In this document: piece after piece, positions 61,073 to 64,000 of the stretch
Numbering within the stretch: the first letter of the stretch is position 1
Layout of the letters: each line of letters starts with the position of its first letter
Assembly (NCBI GenBank): GCA_041659785.1
Contig: JBAZXO010000001.1
Location: 241,649-305,648, forward strand
Length of the DNA: 64,000 nt
Direction: 5' to 3'
From: Minisyncoccota bacterium
GTDB lineage: Bacteria > Patescibacteriota > Minisyncoccia > Phycocordibacterales > UBA9973
Position numbers and translations under genes: made by a program
Notes under the pieces: generated by a model
Seen by the model: only the letters and a program-made list of their open reading frames with translations
Database searches by the model: none
Told to the model about the DNA's origin: nothing

Positions 61073-64000
61073 TTAAATTTTGTAAATCTCTGCCATTTTG
61101 CAATATTCACATTCGGTATTTTTACCATAAGAATTATAATGACATTCGAGGTTTATCCATTCACCATTTTTTATTAATTCATCATAATCTTTTATATCTT
61201 TCATAAGCAGATCTATTTCCTCTTGGTTAATATGAGTAGAATAAAGTGAGTTTTTGTTTTTAAAATCTTCTTCTAAAAATAGAAGCCTGGATTCAGAGAC
61301 CACCTTGTTTTTATCATCGCCAGAAATTAAATAAGAATACATAGCAAGCTGACGAAGATATGGACTCATTCTATTATTCTCTATTTTCTCAATTGCATTT
61401 TTTGTCCTAGAGGAGCCAGTTTTAAAATCTGTTACTCTTACAAAGTTCTCTGGTAGATATTCTACAAGGTCAATTTTCCCATAGATATTTAAATGTGGGA
61501 ATCTTTTATCCTTATAAGAAATAGACTGCTCAGATCTAAAGTCGGTAGCCATATTCTTATAATAATTAGCAGTCCAGTCATTTATCGCTTCATATGCATC
61601 CTTGCCAAGCTTTTTTAATTCTTCCCCTTCCCCTATTCCTTCTTTAATAAGTTTATTTTTGATTATTTCTTTTATCTCCTTTTCATTAGGTAATTTATTT
61701 TCTTTTAAAATATGTTCGATGGTGCTATGCACGACACTACCAAAAGCAAGACTAGCTCCTTTTACCTCTGGTAATTGTAAGAAATTACGAAAATACCAAC
61801 GCCAAGGACATTCAAAAAAGTTATTAAGTAAAGTAACAGAAACCTTTCTCTCTGTATAATTTTCTCTAACTAATTTTTTTAAATCTTCTTTTATATCAAC
61901 TTTATTTTTATCTAAAGATATTGTCTGAGAAATATAAACATTAGGCCCATGTGATAAAATCTCTTTTTCTGTATCTTCTCTATTCTTTTTTATAAAATGT
62001 ATATCTGGCAATTCTCGGATAATGTGCGCGATTTCCATCCCTACTCCTTTGTAGTTCTCTGTGGCATAAGAAATAGAACAGTACTTTTTAGCTCTGGTGA
62101 GGGCCACGTATAATTCTTTTTTTGCAACTTCTACACCACGTTTCTCCATGTGTTCCTTTATTTTTTCAGGCAAAGTAAATCCACCTCTTTTTTCAGACAT
62201 CAATATCTCTTCATTCATATGGGCCACCCAGACAGTTTTATATTCAAGACCTTTTGACCTATGTAAGGTCATTACCTTTACCCCATTGTCACTACCAAAT
62301 TTTACAAGTTCAATATGTGTATTATAAGACTCTAGTCTGTCTATATACTCTAAAAAGTCTTTAAGTTTTGGATTTTTGTGTCGTTCTTCAAACAAAGTCG
62401 CCAAATGAATAAAACTTCTAATGATTTCTATATTTTGGAGTAGTTCATTATTATCTTTTATATTATTTACCAAGAGATCATTCCCTACAGTACTTATAAT
62501 TACAGAAAGTTTTTCATTTGATAAAGTATTAATATAATTTTTTAATTTATTACCCCATTTTACTATGTCGTCCTTTGAAGCTTTTTCTAATTCATCAATC
62601 GTTAATTTTTCTGGCTTAGTATTCTTCAGAAAAGTGTGAGCTTCTAACGTTTTTATATTACTTGTTTTATCAAGCATAGACTCAGAGATAAGAACTGCAT
62701 TAAATGGTGAAACGATAATACCTAAAATTCGTCTAAAAATTTCTGTCTCTCCCATGGAAAAAAGCGACAAACTTTTCCCGCTTGAAACTGGCAAACCTAA
62801 ATCATTTAATATTTCTAATGCAGAACGAACTTGATAATTTCTAGGCACCAATAGAGCACATTCATTTGGATCAATCCCTTCAGCAATTTTTTGTTTAAAA
62901 TAAAGTCCAGCACCGATAATCTCATCCCGTGGATAAGAATACTCATTTAACATTATTCTATCCATGCCTTTTGTATTAGTTTTTAATTTTTCATCACTTA
63001 AGGAACTTTTCAATAAATCATCCGCCAGGGCAAGTATCGGACCGGTAGAACGATAATTTTCTATTAAGTTAATTAATTTAGCTTTTCCAAAAAAGTGAGC
63101 AAATTCTTCAAAGTATGAAAGTGAGGCGCCAGAGAAACCATAGATAAGCTGTCTATCATCACCCACAACGAAAATATTAGGTTTTTCTACTCCTCCCCAC
63201 ACTCCTTTCAGAAAACTATTTTGTACCCCACTAGAATCCTGGTGTTCATCTACTAAAACATATAAATAATTTTCACGTATATCGGAACGTACATCTTCAA
63301 ATTTTTCCACTAATTCTGTGGCATATTCTAAAACATCATCATAATCCATGAAGGAAAGTTCCTTTTTCTTCTCTTCGTAAATACGATAAAATTCTACCAC
63401 CTCACGTGTGCGCGAAAGAGATTCGATTTTTTTCTCAACTTCCTTTTTTAATTTACCCTTACTCTCTCCTCTGGTAGAGATACTGTCCTCATTATTTTTT
63501 AAATTTTCTATATCACTTTCTATATATGATAAGAATTGAGAGGCACTAATACGTTCACGTTTTAAAATTGAAATTAATTGTTTTAAATCACCGAAATACA
63601 TTGATGGATTAGCTCGTGGACGAAGATATTCCCACGTATTGGAATGCAATATCTCATCGACTAAAAATACCGCCCTATCATCACTAAGTAATTCTGGAAT
63701 TTGAGGAAAATCGAGAAGGTCATAATGTTTTTCAATAAGATTAATAGCGAAACTATGGAAAGTAGATACCGTCACGTCGTCTGCTTGTTTACCTATATAA
63801 TTGTGCAAACGTTCACGCATAGCAGAGACGCCCGCATTAGTAAATGTTAGACATAAAATTCCATCACCTTTTGTGTCAGTTTTTTCTAGAATTTTAGCAA
63901 TACGAAGTGCTAATACTTGTGTCTTCCCTGTTCCTGGACCCGCCACCACCATCACTGGACCATCTATGGTATCTACGGCTTCTCTTTGAGCTTTGTTTAA
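61073..64000 (-). CDS. UvrD/PcrA-like superfamily-1 helicase with a C-terminal PD-(D/E)xK Cas4/AddB-type nuclease domain bearing four Cys. 5' end lies beyond the window.
   Basis: Walker A GPGTGKT near the window edge. C-terminal CPWRW...DLVEY...DFKTG...QLAMYSYL...CHYNSYGKNTECEYC. Confidence 0.75.
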   Translation of the reverse strand, partial: LNKAQREAVDTIDGPVMVVAGPGTGKTQVLALRIAKILEKTDTKGDGILCLTFTNAGVSAMRERLHNYIGKQADDVTVSTFHSFAINLIEKHYDLLDFPQIPELLSDDRAVFLVDEILHSNTWEYLRPRANPSMYFGDLKQLISILKRERISASQFLSYIESDIENLKNNEDSISTRGESKGKLKKEVEKKIESLSRTREVVEFYRIYEEKKKELSFMDYDDVLEYATELVEKFEDVRSDIRENYLYVLVDEHQDSSGVQNSFLKGVWGGVEKPNIFVVGDDRQLIYGFSGASLSYFEEFAHFFGKAKLINLIENYRSTGPILALADDLLKSSLSDEKLKTNTKGMDRIMLNEYSYPRDEIIGAGLYFKQKIAEGIDPNECALLVPRNYQVRSALEILNDLGLPVSSGKSLSLFSMGETEIFRRILGIIVSPFNAVLISESMLDKTSNIKTLEAHTFLKNTKPEKLTIDELEKASKDDIVKWGNKLKNYINTLSNEKLSVIISTVGNDLLVNNIKDNNELLQNIEIIRSFIHLATLFEERHKNPKLKDFLEYIDRLESYNTHIELVKFGSDNGVKVMTLHRSKGLEYKTVWVAHMNEEILMSEKRGGFTLPEKIKEHMEKRGVEVAKKELYVALTRAKKYCSISYATENYKGVGMEIAHIIRELPDIHFIKKNREDTEKEILSHGPNVYISQTISLDKNKVDIKEDLKKLVRENYTERKVSVTLLNNFFECPWRWYFRNFLQLPEVKGASLAFGSVVHSTIEHILKENKLPNEKEIKEIIKNKLIKEGIGEGEELKKLGKDAYEAINDWTANYYKNMATDFRSEQSISYKDKRFPHLNIYGKIDLVEYLPENFVRVTDFKTGSSRTKNAIEKIENNRMSPYLRQLAMYSYLISGDDKNKVVSESRLLFLEEDFKNKNSLYSTHINQEEIDLLMKDIKDYDELIKNGEWINLECHYNSYGKNTECEYCKMAEIYKI

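Noticed and set aside
1-64000. Alternative genetic code (UGA=Gly, as in some CPR lineages)
   Set aside because: Long housekeeping genes (rpoB, rpoC, gyrB) read through cleanly with TAA/TAG/TGA stops under the standard code. No in-frame TGA needed.

Overview
AT-rich (~35% GC) chromosome segment with the look of a reduced-genome Patescibacteria/CPR-type bacterium. It uses the standard genetic code, and many genes show truncated domain architectures. The housekeeping backbone is dense. It contains mreB-mreC-tgt-proS on the minus strand, and rpsB-tsf. An rpoB-rpoC-dnaG-rpoD block is colinear on the minus strand. There is an rpsP-KH-trmD operon that lacks rimM. It also carries rnr, rnc followed by a short SMC-like gene, a nusB-Nudix fusion, rpmF, thrS, gyrB, a single-chain PheRS, and a UvrD-like helicase-nuclease cut by the window end.

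RNA genes: tRNA-Ala(UGC), overlapped at its 3' end by a large serine recombinase gene; a tRNA, probably Asn(GUU), interrupted by a ~255-nt cyanobacterial-type group I intron in the anticodon loop; tRNA-Thr(UGU); and a reduced RNase P RNA.

Accessory content:
- An island (5.4-17.9 kb) of three very large surface proteins. It includes a 2005-aa tail-fibre-like protein with a C-terminal peptidase S74 intramolecular-chaperone domain.
- A tandem array (39.8-46.5 kb) of five secreted paralogs with Kre9/KNH-like Ig domains and C-terminal PG_binding_1 domains. In four of them the 5' and 3' ends, including flanking non-coding DNA, are (near-)identical in an alternating A-B-A-B pattern around unrelated central domains.
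- A REP-associated tyrosine transposase flanked by inverted REP hairpins. It sits inside a ~1.3 kb insertion bounded by imperfect 35-bp direct repeats that duplicate the 3' end of the smc-like gene.
- Several dispersed GC-rich hairpin elements, and a TrpR/YerC-like regulator flanked by identical 16-bp palindromes.
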